Shown: one piece after another, positions 11,263 to 23,383 of the stretch
Layout of the letters: every line of letters begins with the position of its first letter
Numbering within the stretch: the stretch's first letter is position 1
Assembly: GCA_018398765.1 (NCBI GenBank)
Contig: JAHBMJ010000001.1
Coordinates: 62,001 to 126,000 of the forward strand
Source of the DNA: Chromera velia
Lineage: Eukaryota
DNA length: 64,000 bases
Reading direction: 5' to 3'
Notes under the pieces: model-generated
Seen by the model: the letters and a program-made list of their open reading frames with translations, nothing else
Databases searched by the model: none
Told to the model about the DNA's origin: nothing
Program-made: the position numbers and the translations under genes

Positions 11263-13998
11263 AAGCGGGAAAGTGAGAAAGAACGAAGAGTGCAAAAAGG
11301 GAGAAAAAACGGCCGAAGAGGACTGCAAATCGTGCGGCGCTCCTCAAGGCTTTGACTTTCGAGAAGGAGACGGTACACTTCAATCGTGTCGTCTCCTTTA
11401 TTTTCTCCATTGCCCTCTGTCTGTCTTTTGTCTCCTACTGCCTCTCCTGCTGTTGTCACCACGGAAGGATGCCCTTTCAAGTCATCCTTCTCTCTCCTTG
11501 ATTCTCTCTGTCTCTTTCAGGCAACTCTACGTTTCTGCCGCAACAGAAGATTTGGTGCACGCATTTACTTTCATACAGAAATTGATTCTCTCTGTCTCTT
11601 TCAGGCAACTCTACGTTTCTGCCGCAACAGAAGATTTGGTGCACGCATTTACTTTCATACATAAATTGATTCTCTCTCTCTCTTCAGGCAACTCTACGTT
11701 TCTGCCGCAACAGAAGATTTGGTGCACGCATTTACTTTCATACATAAATTGATTCTCTCTCTCTCTTCAGGCAACTCTACGTTTCTGCCGCAACAGAAGA
11801 TTTGGTGCACGAGGTCAGTCGGCCTGCCTGCCGCGGTTTTCTTTTTCTGTCTGGGTCTTTTTCTGAAAGACGTCTGAGTGCACTTACGCTGCGGTTACGG
11901 TCAGTTGGATTCAGTTGGGTTGCGTTGGGGTGCACTTAGGGTTCACGTAGGGTCAGTTAGGGTTCACGTAGGGTCAGTTAGGGTTCACGTAGGGTCAGTT
12001 AGGGTTAGTTAGGGTTCACGTAGGGTCAGTTAGGGTTAGTTAGGGTTCACGTAGGGTCAGTTAGGGTTCACGTAGGGTCAGTTAGGGTTAGTTAGGGTTC
12101 ACGTAGGGTCAGTTAGGGTTAGTTAGGGTTCACGTAGGGTCAGTTAGGGTTCACGTAGGGTCAGTTAGGGTTCACGTAGGGTCAGTTAGGGTTCACGTAG
12201 GGTTAGTTAGGGTTCAGTTAGGGTCAGTTAGAGTTCACGTAGGGTCAGTTGGGGTTCACGTAGGGTCAGTTAGGGTTCACGTAGGGTCAGTTAGGGTTCA
12301 CGTAGGGTTAGTTAGGGTTCAGTTAGGGTCAGTTAGAGTTCACGTAGGGTCAGTTGGGGTTCACGTGGGGTCAGTTAGGGTTCAGTTAGGGTTAGTTAGG
12401 GTCAGTTAGGGTTCACGTAGGGTCAGTTAGGGTTAGTTAGGGTTCACGTAGGGTCAGTTAGGGTTCAGTTAGGGTTCACGTAGGGTCAGTTAGGGTTCCC
12501 GTAGGGTCAGTTAGGGTTCACATAGGGTCAGTTAGGGTTCACGTAGGGTCAGTTAGGGTCAGTTAGAGTTCACGTAGGGTCAGTTACGGTTCACGTAGGG
12601 TTAGTTAGGGTTCAGTTAGGGTCAGTTGGGGTTCACGTAGGGTCAGTTAGGGTTCACGTAGGGTTAGTTAGGATTCAGGTGGGGTCAATTAGGGTTCCCG
12701 TAGGGTCAGTTGGGGTCAGTTAGGGTTAGTTAGGGTTCTGTTAGGGTTAGTTAGGGTCAGTTAGGGTTCTGTTAGGGTCAGGTAGGGTTCAGTTAGGGTG
12801 AGGTAGGGTCAGTTAGGGTTCACGTAGGGTCAGTTAGGGTTCCCGTAGGGTCAGTTAGGGTTCACGTAGGGTCAGTTAGGGTTCAGTTAGGGTCAGTTAG
12901 GGTTCACGTAGGGTCAGTTAGCGTTCACGTAGGGTCAGTTAGGGTTCACGTAGGGTCAGTTAGGGTTCACGTAGGGTCAGTTAGGGTCAGATAGGGTTAG
13001 TTAGGGTTCACGTAGGGTCAGTGAGGGTTAGGTAGGGTCAGTTAGGGTTCAGTTAGGGTCAGTTAGGGTTCACGTAGGGTCAGTTAGGGTTCAGTTAGGG
13101 TTCACGTAGGGTTAGTTAGGGTTCATGTAAAGTCAGTTAGGGTTCAGTGAGGGTCAGGGTCAGTTAGGGTTCACGTAGGGTCAGTTAGGGTTCAGTTAGG
13201 GTTCACGTAGGGTTAGTTAGGGTTCAGTTTGGGTCAGTTAGGGTTCACGTAGGGTTAGTTAGGGTTCAGTTAGGGTTCAGGAGGGGCGGTTCACGTAGGG
13301 GCAGTTAGTGTTCAGTTAGGGTACAAGTTGGTCTATTTTGTCCCTCGAAACAAGAAAGGCACATTTCGTCGAATCCGTGACACACTCAATCATTGTCCAT
13401 TCCAATAAGCTCCGTCTTCCTTCGTCACCTTCTCCATTGTATTGCCTCCTTCATGTCGTGCAGATTGTGGGGGCTGCAAAGGACTTCAATGCTCTGAAGA
13501 TGGAGACCAGAGGTCATACGGGGGTCAGTTACTGCGGCACGTTTTGTCTTTTGCGTGGATGTCCTGAGAAAGAGAAGTCGAGGGAAGAAATAAAATGACC
13601 TCACATGTTAGAATGGAGCACGGATGTTATTTGGATGTGTGGGGAGGGAGACCGAGTGCAAAAAGAGGGCGAAGGAAAGCAACAAATGACTGATTGTGTG
13701 ACTGGCCGAATGGATAAAGGAATGCATCAATGCATGGATGAATCTAGAATAGCACAAAGCGCAAAAACCCAGAAAGTCTCTTTACAAATGCTTCTGGAGG
13801 AAAGTGAATGTGAGAGAGAGAGAGTAGAGGAGGGTGAGAGACAGCGAAGGTGAGACAAAGGAGACCGGTCAAAATCTCTCACGCGCGTGTGTTTAGATCT
13901 CTCACTGACTTTTGTTTGTGTGCGAGTAGAGACATCATTCAAGTCTTTCCTAGCTGGATGGCTTCGGTCTCGTTATTCCACAACGGTGTGTGCGTGTT

Positions 13999-14037
<39 letters not shown>

Positions 14038-14094
14038 GTGCGTGTGTGTGCGTGTGTGTGTGTGTGTGTGTGCGTGTGTGTGTGCGTGTGTGCG

Positions 14095-14158
<64 letters not shown>

Positions 14159-14262
14159 NNNNNNNNNNNNNNNNNNNNNNNNNNNNNNNNNNNNNNNNNN
14201 NNNNNNNNNNNNNNNNNNNNNNNNNNNNNNNNNNNNNNNNNNNNNNNNNNNNNNNNGTGTGT

Positions 14263-14316
<54 letters not shown>

Positions 14317-14340
14317 GTATACGTCTGTGTGTGAGTGTAT

Positions 14341-14376
<36 letters not shown>

Positions 14377-14775
14377 GAGGTTTCCAAGCTAACGGTCGAT
14401 GACGTGCGTGTGGCTCTCGAAGTCGGTCCATCATCTTCTCTTTTGTTTCCGATGGTTCTACCTTGCGGTGAAGACCAAGCGAATGCGCTTCTTGCAAGCA
14501 CGCGCACTCCTGAATGTTCTGTCTGCTGGTCTATCTGGTTTCTTTTCTCCCTAACATCGGCGACTGCCTCTGGTTGTGCGCTTCGGCCGCCTCTAATCTT
14601 CGACGCCTTTTCGGTCGACCCGCTTCTTCTCTTCCCTGTCGCTTCGATCGATCTGTCCCTGCAGGAGACGCTCGGCCTTCTGATCCGCAAGTCGTCAGTG
14701 TTTCAGCCTTCTGCCCCACAACAACCACTGCACAGCGGAGGAGAAGGTGGTGCAAAGCGAATGAGACCAGGATGA
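10349..14775 (+). CDS. TAF10: TFIID/SAGA subunit TAF10-like histone-fold protein, 6 exons, ~156 aa
   Basis: Exons 10349-10480, 10764-10843, 11771-11813, 13464-13523, 14377-14421 and 14665-14775 join in frame. [16 protein letters not shown]...[21 protein letters not shown]...[22 protein letters not shown] parallels the TAF10 pattern PTIPD-YYL-AG...LISLAAQKFISDIA...LTMEDL-AL-EYGINVKKP. Recognised by eye. Confidence 0.8.
10844..11260 (+). repeat. Compound (GTCA/GTTA/GGCA)n microsatellite at the start of TAF10 intron 2
   Basis: Read directly; it begins at the GT of the donor. Confidence 0.95.
11499..11813 (+). repeat. Four tandem copies (83-84 bp) of the acceptor plus TAF10 exon 3
   Basis: TTCAG|GCAACTCTACGTTTCTGCCGCAACAGAAGATTTGGTGCACG starts at 11521, 11605, 11688 and 11771. 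Only the last copy is followed by AG|GTCAGT. Confidence 0.95.
11936..13321 (+). repeat. Telomere-like TTAGGG-variant satellite in TAF10 intron 3
   Basis: Mixed units TTAGGGTTCACGTAGGGTCAG (21 bp), TTAGGGTTAG, TTAGGGTCAG and TTAGGGTTCAG; it degenerates at both ends. Confidence 0.95.
14159..14256. other. Assembly gap (N run) inside a (GT)n microsatellite
   Basis: Ns flanked by (TG)n from ~13985 to 14373. Confidence 1.
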
Positions 14776-16058
14776 TCGATTCTCTCGAGTCCAAACGGCT
14801 GAGACTGATTGAAGGACCCGATTAAATTCGGATTAATTTATTTAACACTTTAAAGTTGTGGATCAGTAGCCGGTTTTTCAGTAAATCTGCTCTAATTTTC
14901 CGTGTTATTTAGATTGAATATGATAGTATATGTTTATCAAGTGGTAGTATTGATAATTAAACTTCATACAATTTAATTGAATTTAATATTGAAAAAATGT
15001 TGATGTATAGTTGATTGTATAGCTTATTTTGTCTGTGTATATATTTAATTTGCTAGTACTACAACTTTTAGGCGTCTGCTATTTAAAAATCCAAGTTTCT
15101 CATCGTCAAGACGCGGGCCACCGCCGATGCATACAAGTAACAGTGAAACTTTCTTCAACTATGTTATCTAGTAAGTTATTCAAGTCACTAATATTCTTGC
15201 TAGGTCTTTCTATCAATTAAAAACGTATTGAGTCGATCTGTCTAACGCTAAACGCGAGACACCTTATACAAAGGCTACTAGCGATGGCACATGCTAGAGC
15301 AGATGATCTAGCAGACGATGATGATGATGATAACTGAGAACATTTCACTGGCTTACTAGTTACCAGGCTAAGGTATAACTGCCTACAACCGTACAACGTT
15401 TTTATACCATATTACTATTGTAAATCAAATAACCACCCTTTTCTTTTAAATCATTATATCTAAATTACGAAAATACTAAGTAGTGAGTACGATATCATAT
15501 GATTAAAGAAATACGCTAACAGCCATGCATCCTATGATAATTAGCACCGGTTGCTCACACGCGAACTTGAGCGAGCATGCATGCACTTTAACTACGTGCT
15601 GTGTAACCTAGTGTGTAACGTGAAGTGGAACGAAGGGGTGGGGACTGGGCATACTTGACATCAATTGCATGCGGCCCTATGATGCGGGTGAGTATGAATT
15701 AACGAACGATCGTTCATGACATCAGGAAATGAATAAAAGCTGCATGGCACCAAATTGCATTATGAATCGATCAGACTGTATAGCGTGATCCAATCGAAGG
15801 ACTTCAGATCGATCGAAGTGTAAACTTTGGAGCTCGGGAAAGTCTGCACCGCGGCTCCTAAACTTGGAGAGGCAATGGATGACTCTGGATGCATGCACGA
15901 GCAAGTTCTGCTTGCGATCACTCCATCAATCAATCGAGGTCGAACACTCCATTTCCTTCCTTTCCAGATTGTGCTGGTTCCCATTGCCACGCATCTTCTC
16001 TTGCACATGTGCACGCACAGAATACGTGGAGGGAGTAGTTGGAGTTTAGCTCGGTCAG

Positions 16059-19000
16059 CTATGCGTTGTAGTACTCAGCCATGCCCTGCGAGCCGACGTT
16101 CTGGAAGTGGAGGTGGGGTGTGAAGTCGCCGACGTCGCAGGGGCAGCTGACAAAGTAGTCGACCTGCATGCCGGAAGGGGAGGGGGGACGAGAGAGGGAA
16201 GGAGGGAGTGAGTGAGGTGGATGAATGAATTTGTATGATGCATAGGGGAGACTGCGCATTTCGAAACGTGGCCATCTTGGTCTTGTGCAGAAGAAGAAGA
16301 AGGGAGACTGCATGCACAAGATCAAGAAGATCCTCGGAGAACAAACGAATCAGTGAGTGAGGCAATGAGTGCGCAGGGCAGTGTGTGTGAGTTTGCGCGC
16401 GAGGGTGTGCGAGCAAGTAAATAGACATGCGAATAAACACGCGGAGAGAGGCAACTACTTCCTCTGCTTAGAGACGTACCTTGAGTGCGGGTCTATTGGA
16501 GAGTGCGGGTACGGAGTCTGTGTAGATGAACTTCTTGGCGAACATCTCCTCCTGGTCCTCTATCTTCTCACTGGCCATGTGGTAGAGCAATTTGACCATC
16601 TTCTTCTCTTGAGCGTCCAACTCGGACTTAGACTGCTTGCCCCCACTCTCCAGCCACTTCGCGAAGGTCTTCTTGCGCAGGCCCACGTTGTACCTGTACG
16701 AGGCCCTCGTGCTCGCCTCAGCACTCGCGGGGGGGTCCACCTGAAATGGGGCAGAAGGGGAAGGGGGGGAGTGCAGAGAAATCCATACTGGATGCATCGG
16801 AATGAAGGCAGGGAGCGATCGATCGGCACATTGGTGTTCTTCGTTCAGGCTTGGTCGAGAATTGACTCTGCGTGTCTCTCCAAAATTTATTCTCTTCTCT
16901 CTCTGTGCTTTGACAGATGATGCCACCTGCCTGCCTGATTGACTGCCTGACTGACTGACCTGATAGACGACATGGTTGTTGCTGAGTTGGAAGAAGGACT
17001 CCCTCAGTTGCTCCTCCCCTCCGTCCTCGAGTGCGCTCTCGATTGCTGCTGCGGTCTTTCTTGCCATGCAGGTGCCTGTCTTCTTGACCAGTGTGGTCTT
17101 CTTCCTGCCCTTCTCGTCCACCTTCACCTCAGGCACTTTGTAGTCCGACTGGAGGAACGGATACTTCCTCTCCTTGATCGAGTGGAACAAGTCGGTCCTG
17201 CATTTTATACGCGAAAGAAAGAAAGAAAAATGGTATCAGAAATGGCAGAGAAAAAGGCTCATGGGGAAAGACAGAGTCAAAGAAAGGGAGGGAGCAGAAC
17301 ACCATCGAGAATAGTTCGGACAGAGGTGGTTGCAGTCACAGCAAAATGCGCAAAGACGGCCCTTACGGAATTTCAGGGAGCGTGTGTGTATGCAACAGTA
17401 TGATGAAATCGGAATTACTTTTCATCAGATGTGTGACTCATCAGATGCACACTCACTCACCTGGTCACGTTCAGTCTCACATGGCACCCGTGCTCGTCCT
17501 TCACGGCAACGACGCACTTCACACATCCAGTGGCGTCGTCGAGGGTCTTGCACTCAGGCTCCGTCTCGGGGGACAGCCTGCACGCAAGGGCACAGATCAG
17601 AGAACTTTTTACGGCCACGAGCCACTCCAGTCCATACACAAACATACAAGGGAGATTGGAGAAAGAATCCATTCGTTCAGTCCTTCCTGTTTCTACTCAC
17701 TAGGAGTGAGGAAAGGAGGAAAAGATACGAAGCCGCTGGTGCGTCTGGTTCCTTTCCCTACCTGACTAACTGACTAACAACTAAGGTATGTACCTGTTGA
17801 TATTCTGACTGACTTTCCGAGCCACTTCTCGTATGCCCTGGGGTTTCTGAAGAAGTTGTCGGCGTTGCCAAATGCCTCCTCTGGGACTGTGTCCTTGGCC
17901 TTGCAGATCAACCACTTCGAGTGGGCACCCGCAACCAGGGGGGCGAAGCTGCATGCATGTACACAGGAAGGAATTAAAGAACGAAAGAGAACAGAAGAGA
18001 AGGATCGGAGAAAAACTTCTGCAGGGTATTATTCTCTTGCGAAGCTCGAAAGATCGATCTGTACAACTTAGAGAGAGATAGACAGACGGACTTGATCTTC
18101 TTGCAGCTTGATCCGCAGACTGCTGTATAAATAGGCAGACATAAAGAAACCGCAGGTAAAAAAGCGATAGCCGGCCTGCCTGTCTGCCTCTCTGACAGAG
18201 TCACTAACTGACTGTTTGTATTTCTTCTCGACGTAGGCCTCCTTCTTTGCGTCGACGTCGACGACCTCGGTGGCCTTCTCCTGCAAAGCAATAGAACCAG
18301 GGGGCGGGATGTGCGTTCGGCAAGTCAATCAATCTAATTAGAGAGCCAATCAGCGAAACAGCCAAGTTGTGTCCACGTGTATGCATGCATAGGTACCAAG
18401 GGGGGGTTATCTGAAGGGTTCCGACGGTCGTGTATGTATACTACCGATCAAGTACGGAGAGAGGGATGAAAAGAATGACTTGCTGAGTGGTTTTGATCGG
18501 AGAAAGGGGTCACACCATTTATTTCAGTGTAGACTGACGCACGCACGCACGCACGTTGAGGATGTGGAGAGTGTCGTTGGCGAGCGGGTCGAGAGGGTGG
18601 AAGTACTGCTGGAATTCGCCCTTCATCGATCCCTCGAAGGCCGTGTTCATGTTCACAAAAGTCTTCATGAACTGCTCCTTCAACTCCTTCCTCAGCTGGT
18701 ACTCAAAGCACCTCTCGGGTCTGAAGAGATCCTTGATCAACTCGAGCTGGTCAATCTGCAGTCATGGGCACAATCAACGTACAAAAATGGACTCACGCGA
18801 ACATCGTGCAGAGGAGAAATGCGAGCAGTTGAACTTGTGGAATGGAGGGGCACAAAACGAAATCACCCAATTTTAAATGTCCGTCCGAAAGAACTATGGA
18901 AGGAACGGAAAAAAGAAGCTCATTCTTCCGCATAACGGAACTGGAAGAAGAGCAGTTCGACTAGATCTCACTCCAGTTACATTCACCACCTCCAGCTGCT

Positions 19001-21049
19001 TAATTAAGCCCTTCCCGACTCACTCACCGTAGTCTTCTCGTTCCAGAACCCGTTGCACCCTGCCATGTTCTGATCTGCCAGGAAGACCTCGCCTCCCTGT
19101 CTCTTGTGGGGGTAGGAGGCCACTCTGGGCCCGAAGCAGACCATGACGTTATTGTCGGGCTGGAAGATGTGGTGCTTGTCGGCGTGGTTGTTGGAGGGCC
19201 TGATGAAGGTGGACCAGGGGAGGATCTCGCGGATCTGCATCAACAGAGGGAGGCATTTTGTGTGTTTGAGGTGCATAGACAGTGATCATACGTGCCCCCA
19301 GCAGCACCACGGCTGAAGAAAGTTGACGGGCAGGAACGTATCCAAGAGGAAGGCAGAGGCGTCAAGGAGTGAAAATGGCGAGCAGGGAGGAAAATGAAAG
19401 AAGGCTAGAAAAGACACCTCTTTTCTTTCCGTATTCTTTCGAAAGAAAAGTTCTTTCTGACCAAACAAAAAGCAATGTGGATGGAAGAAGAGATATGCCT
19501 CCCCATGCACTCACCTTCTTCCTTGCATCAAGAATGACGTCCGTATCTCCTGCTCTGTTATCGTCAGCGTTCTTGAATCCCAAGTGCTCGTCGATTTCCT
19601 TCAGTTTGTCTTTGTCGCCCTTGAAGAATCCTGTGCCGATCTTATTGGCTGTAGTCACGTACCTGCAGACAGTCAGGCAGAAATCGACAACAGAGCAAGA
19701 AGGGAATAGATCAGCGGAAGATTGAGAATCAATGGAGGAGTTTCAATGGAGGGACAAGATAGTAAGAATCAATAAAGGAGAATCAATGGAATAGAATCAA
19801 TGGAGGGATAAGATCGAAACACAAGACGGTAACCGCGGCAAAAAGTCAGTTGACAACTCACACGCTACGATATGGACGCACATTCACAAAGAAGGTCCTA
19901 ATCAATTACCCCCCCGCTCTCTCTCCACCCCCCTACCTGTACATCTCTGAGAGGGGTGAGTGGAAGTTGCTGAGGTACTCTAAGTTCCAGTCGATTGAGG
20001 CGATTTCCTGCAAGAGAGGAGAGGAGGAGAAATCAGTAAGTGAGTGAGTGAGTGAGTGAGTGAGCGAGCGAGCGAGCGAGTGTGTGTGTGTGTGAGAGAG
20101 AGAGAGGGGGGGAGAGAGAGAGAGAGGGAGGGAGAGAGAGAGAGAATGAGTGTTGGGGTGACAGAGATGATGTGCGCAATGAGGTCGAGGGGAAAGAAGA
20201 GGAACGCAGAGGAACGCCAGACTTCACCATCCACACGCACATACAGAAAGAGGGGCGCTTCTTTTATCACCTGAAAATGCATTGCTATTTTCAGCACATT
20301 GATCCAATTAAAGGGGTAAGCGTCTCCCTCCAACCCCGCTTTCTTCAAACTCCAACAGGCATCTTCCTATAACGGTCAGAATGCCACCAAGTAGGTCTAC
20401 TCTATCTCCCCACCCACCGACAGACAGACAGACCTGCACGTGCATTGCAGTGCCGCACCTCAACGGGATGAGGTTCATCTTGAAGTACTCCTCGATGATT
20501 TTCTCTCTGGTCATGCCGGGCGTTGCCCTGGTCGTCTGGTTCACAGACACGTTCTCCATCTCGAACATCGTCACCTTCACAAACTCCCAATCGGGAATCC
20601 AGCTGCAGTCAATCATTCAGGCAGACAGGCAGGCAAGGATGAAATGGAAACAGACAAACACATCAATACATAAACACACACACATACACACAGGGAGAAG
20701 TGATGCAAAGCGACGGTCCTGCCCACACACAGACAAAGACACAGACACGCGCATAGGCAGGCAGGCAAAGAGGCGGACAGACAGCCAGCCAGACGGGCGA
20801 ACGAGCAGACAGGTGTATGCGTGGGCTTATCCCTTGACCGTTTGTTCTTTCCCTCACCCCATTTGAAAGACAGACAGCCAGACAGACCAATTAAGCAGCT
20901 GACGTACCGCATGCAGATGTAGAAGGAAAGCATATGGTCGAGCATGCCGTCAATGCTCATGTGGTTGATCTGCTCAACGAGGTCCCTCACGTGGCCCTTT
21001 GCCTCCTCGGCGCTCTGGTACTCCTTGCTCTGCAACTCACACACACACA

Positions 21050-21087
<38 letters not shown>

Positions 21088-22601
21088 CATACACACATAC
21101 ACATACACACACACACACATACACATACACACACATATATATATATATATATATACATATGTATACATGCATACAGAGAGAGAGAGAAAAAGGAAGAGTC
21201 GGCTTAAGGGGCAAAGCGGAAGGAGGAGCCAGCCGACCATGTGCTGGTTTGTTCCGTCTTTCAATCAGTGAGTGGAGACAAAAGGTTGCAGGTTCAAACA
21301 CAACGGTGGATAGGGAGAAAGGGAATATAGGGGGGCTGGGTCAGCAAGAAGAAAGAGCTCATTTACCAACCAAGCAAGCACAAGCCAATTGAACAAACAA
21401 ACAAACAAATAAACAAACGAACAGGCAGACCAACCAACCGACCTGGAGTCTGGGAACATCGTTGACGTCTGCAGCTTCTTCAGAGGACGCGAACATCAGT
21501 CTGGACTCTTTGGGAGTCCTCCAAAGGCCCTTCACTCCATGTGCGAAGTCGGATTTCTCCTGTGTCTGCCAGCCGAGTCTCTTCTCACACTCCTTGGCAT
21601 CAGCCTTGTACTCACAGCACACGACCTTGCCGACGTTCTCGGGTCGAGTAGCCATCATCCAGCACCTCTCTGCGCAGGCGTGTTTGGACTCCACGTTCCG
21701 GTCGTACACCAGAATGTCGTTATTCTTCCCAGTCGTCTCCTTGTACTTGTCCGCGCTTGTGATCTTGCCCTCCTCTCTCTCGCACTTCGTGTGCGGAGTC
21801 CTGCAGACAACAGGAAAGAGAACAGACATGCGAACAGATACAAGAAAAGAAAAAAACACATGCATACAGGAAAAGAGGGGGAGGATTCCCGCCAGGCGAC
21901 CCGGCTATGAGTGAGTACTTCTGAATGGATTCGGCGGTCCCCCTCGCACCTTGCACCCTCTCACTCAATCTGCCCATTGCCATTCTGGTTGTTCAAACAA
22001 CATGTATATATGTGAAGAAATAAATACATGCATACAAACTAACTGTATGCAAGTATATTCATATTTTTGAAAAATCTCCCAATCATTCAGAAGAATAGTC
22101 TTTCTGCCTGAGTGCCTGCCTGCCTGACCATTTGGGATCGTCCACAGCTTTGTCTTCTGAGAATTTGTACTTGGGGTCCATGAAGAGGGGCTTCTCGAAT
22201 TCCGAAAAGTCGCAGTGGTCCTCCAGCCACGTCTCGTCGAATTTGACTCCAGTGCGGTGGACCTGCTTGGGCTTCACCCACTCGTCTTTGGAAATGGGCG
22301 TCCTCTCGTCTCTCTCGGCGACGATGTCGATGTCAGAGGCGTCGTCCAACTCACTGCTGTCGAGAATAGGGTTGGGTGTCGGTCTGGTCACGGGTGCCTC
22401 GGGTGCTTCGTCGACCTCCTCTTCTGAGGGGCCGGGCTCCGGGGTAGGCTCAACGACGACCGAATCCGTAGCGTCCATGTCATCTCCTCGCTCCAGTTCC
22501 AAGAGGTGGGGGGCCATTCGTGGTATGGAGGGCTCTAGAGAGTACTGACTGGCAGAGACAGCCAGAGCCGCCAGTGGGGAGACGAGAAGGAGAGTTCTCA
22601 T
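16059..22601 (-). CDS. Secreted ~890-aa protein with signal peptide, acidic/Pro linker and a PAN/Apple-like Cys module; remainder unrecognised; 14 exons
   Basis: Exons 22601-22129, 21800-21443, 21029-20908, 20602-20434, 20007-19937, 19662-19515, 19234-19028, 18755-18555, 18280-18213, 17948-17814, 17577-17461, 17197-16960, 16740-16480 and 16163-16059 total 2673 nt in frame. N-terminus MRTLLLVSPLAALAVSAS. Cys module KC...ESKHACAERC...VCCEY...KEC. Gene model is confident; the domain call is tentative. Confidence 0.85.
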
Positions 22602-23383
22602 GGTGTTGGCCGGTCAAGTTGGAAGAGTTGGGACTTGAAAAAAAGCAGTTACGCAGCCAGGGACCAATCTGTTCTTCCTTTGATAACACCGAGAGGGAAC
22701 AGACCGGGTTGGTTTGAGAGCAAGATGTCAAGCGAAACCTGCTCGGGAGAATGATCAATCCAACGATGTGATCGAAAACTGCATGCATGTCGATCGAATC
22801 GATCATCGGAAGTAAATTAATTTTCAAATTAAGGTATGGAATGCATGCATGCATCAATCTATTAAAATAATATATATATATATGTACGTATAAAAAATAA
22901 TCAGCAATTAAATTAAATTAATTTATCAAATTATTAAATTCAATACAGAGCTTCAAATACAGAAGGCCTTATAGTATATACATATTGGCATTTAGTATTT
23001 ATGCGCTGCATTTACACAAATATTAAATTTGATTGAATTTTGCATGTTTTTTTTTTGTCAGAAAAAAGCAAAATTCTACAATACTGAAAATATGCCCCGG
23101 CATGCCCAGGACCATGCATGCAGGCTCTCATTCAGCGAACTGTTTTTCTGTGCCGGGGTCTCGGGTTGTCAGATCGAGGCGGCGGTGCTGGCAGCCATTA
23201 ACAAGAGAATCTATCAACCACTTCAGGCCCGTGTCCTGATACTCATACCACCGGATACACACAGCACCAGGATTGTGTGGACCGCCCGGGGTGGCTTGCA
23301 GGCACAGCACAGTCTGACTCAGGTTTTTGTACTGAGCTAGGTCGATAGAGCCCTCTCTCCCCCCCGACGGCTGGGTCAGCTCG

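Noticed and set aside
11936..13321. True chromosome end
   Set aside because: In-frame TAF10 exons lie on both sides and the array is not a pure telomeric repeat.
13850..14690. ORFs rich in CV, HT, SL or TDRQ repeats (also near 4564-5554, 20613-21392, 28183-29627, 38310-39043, 55258-56361, 61209-61849)
   Set aside because: They are translations of intronic microsatellites or run through N gaps.
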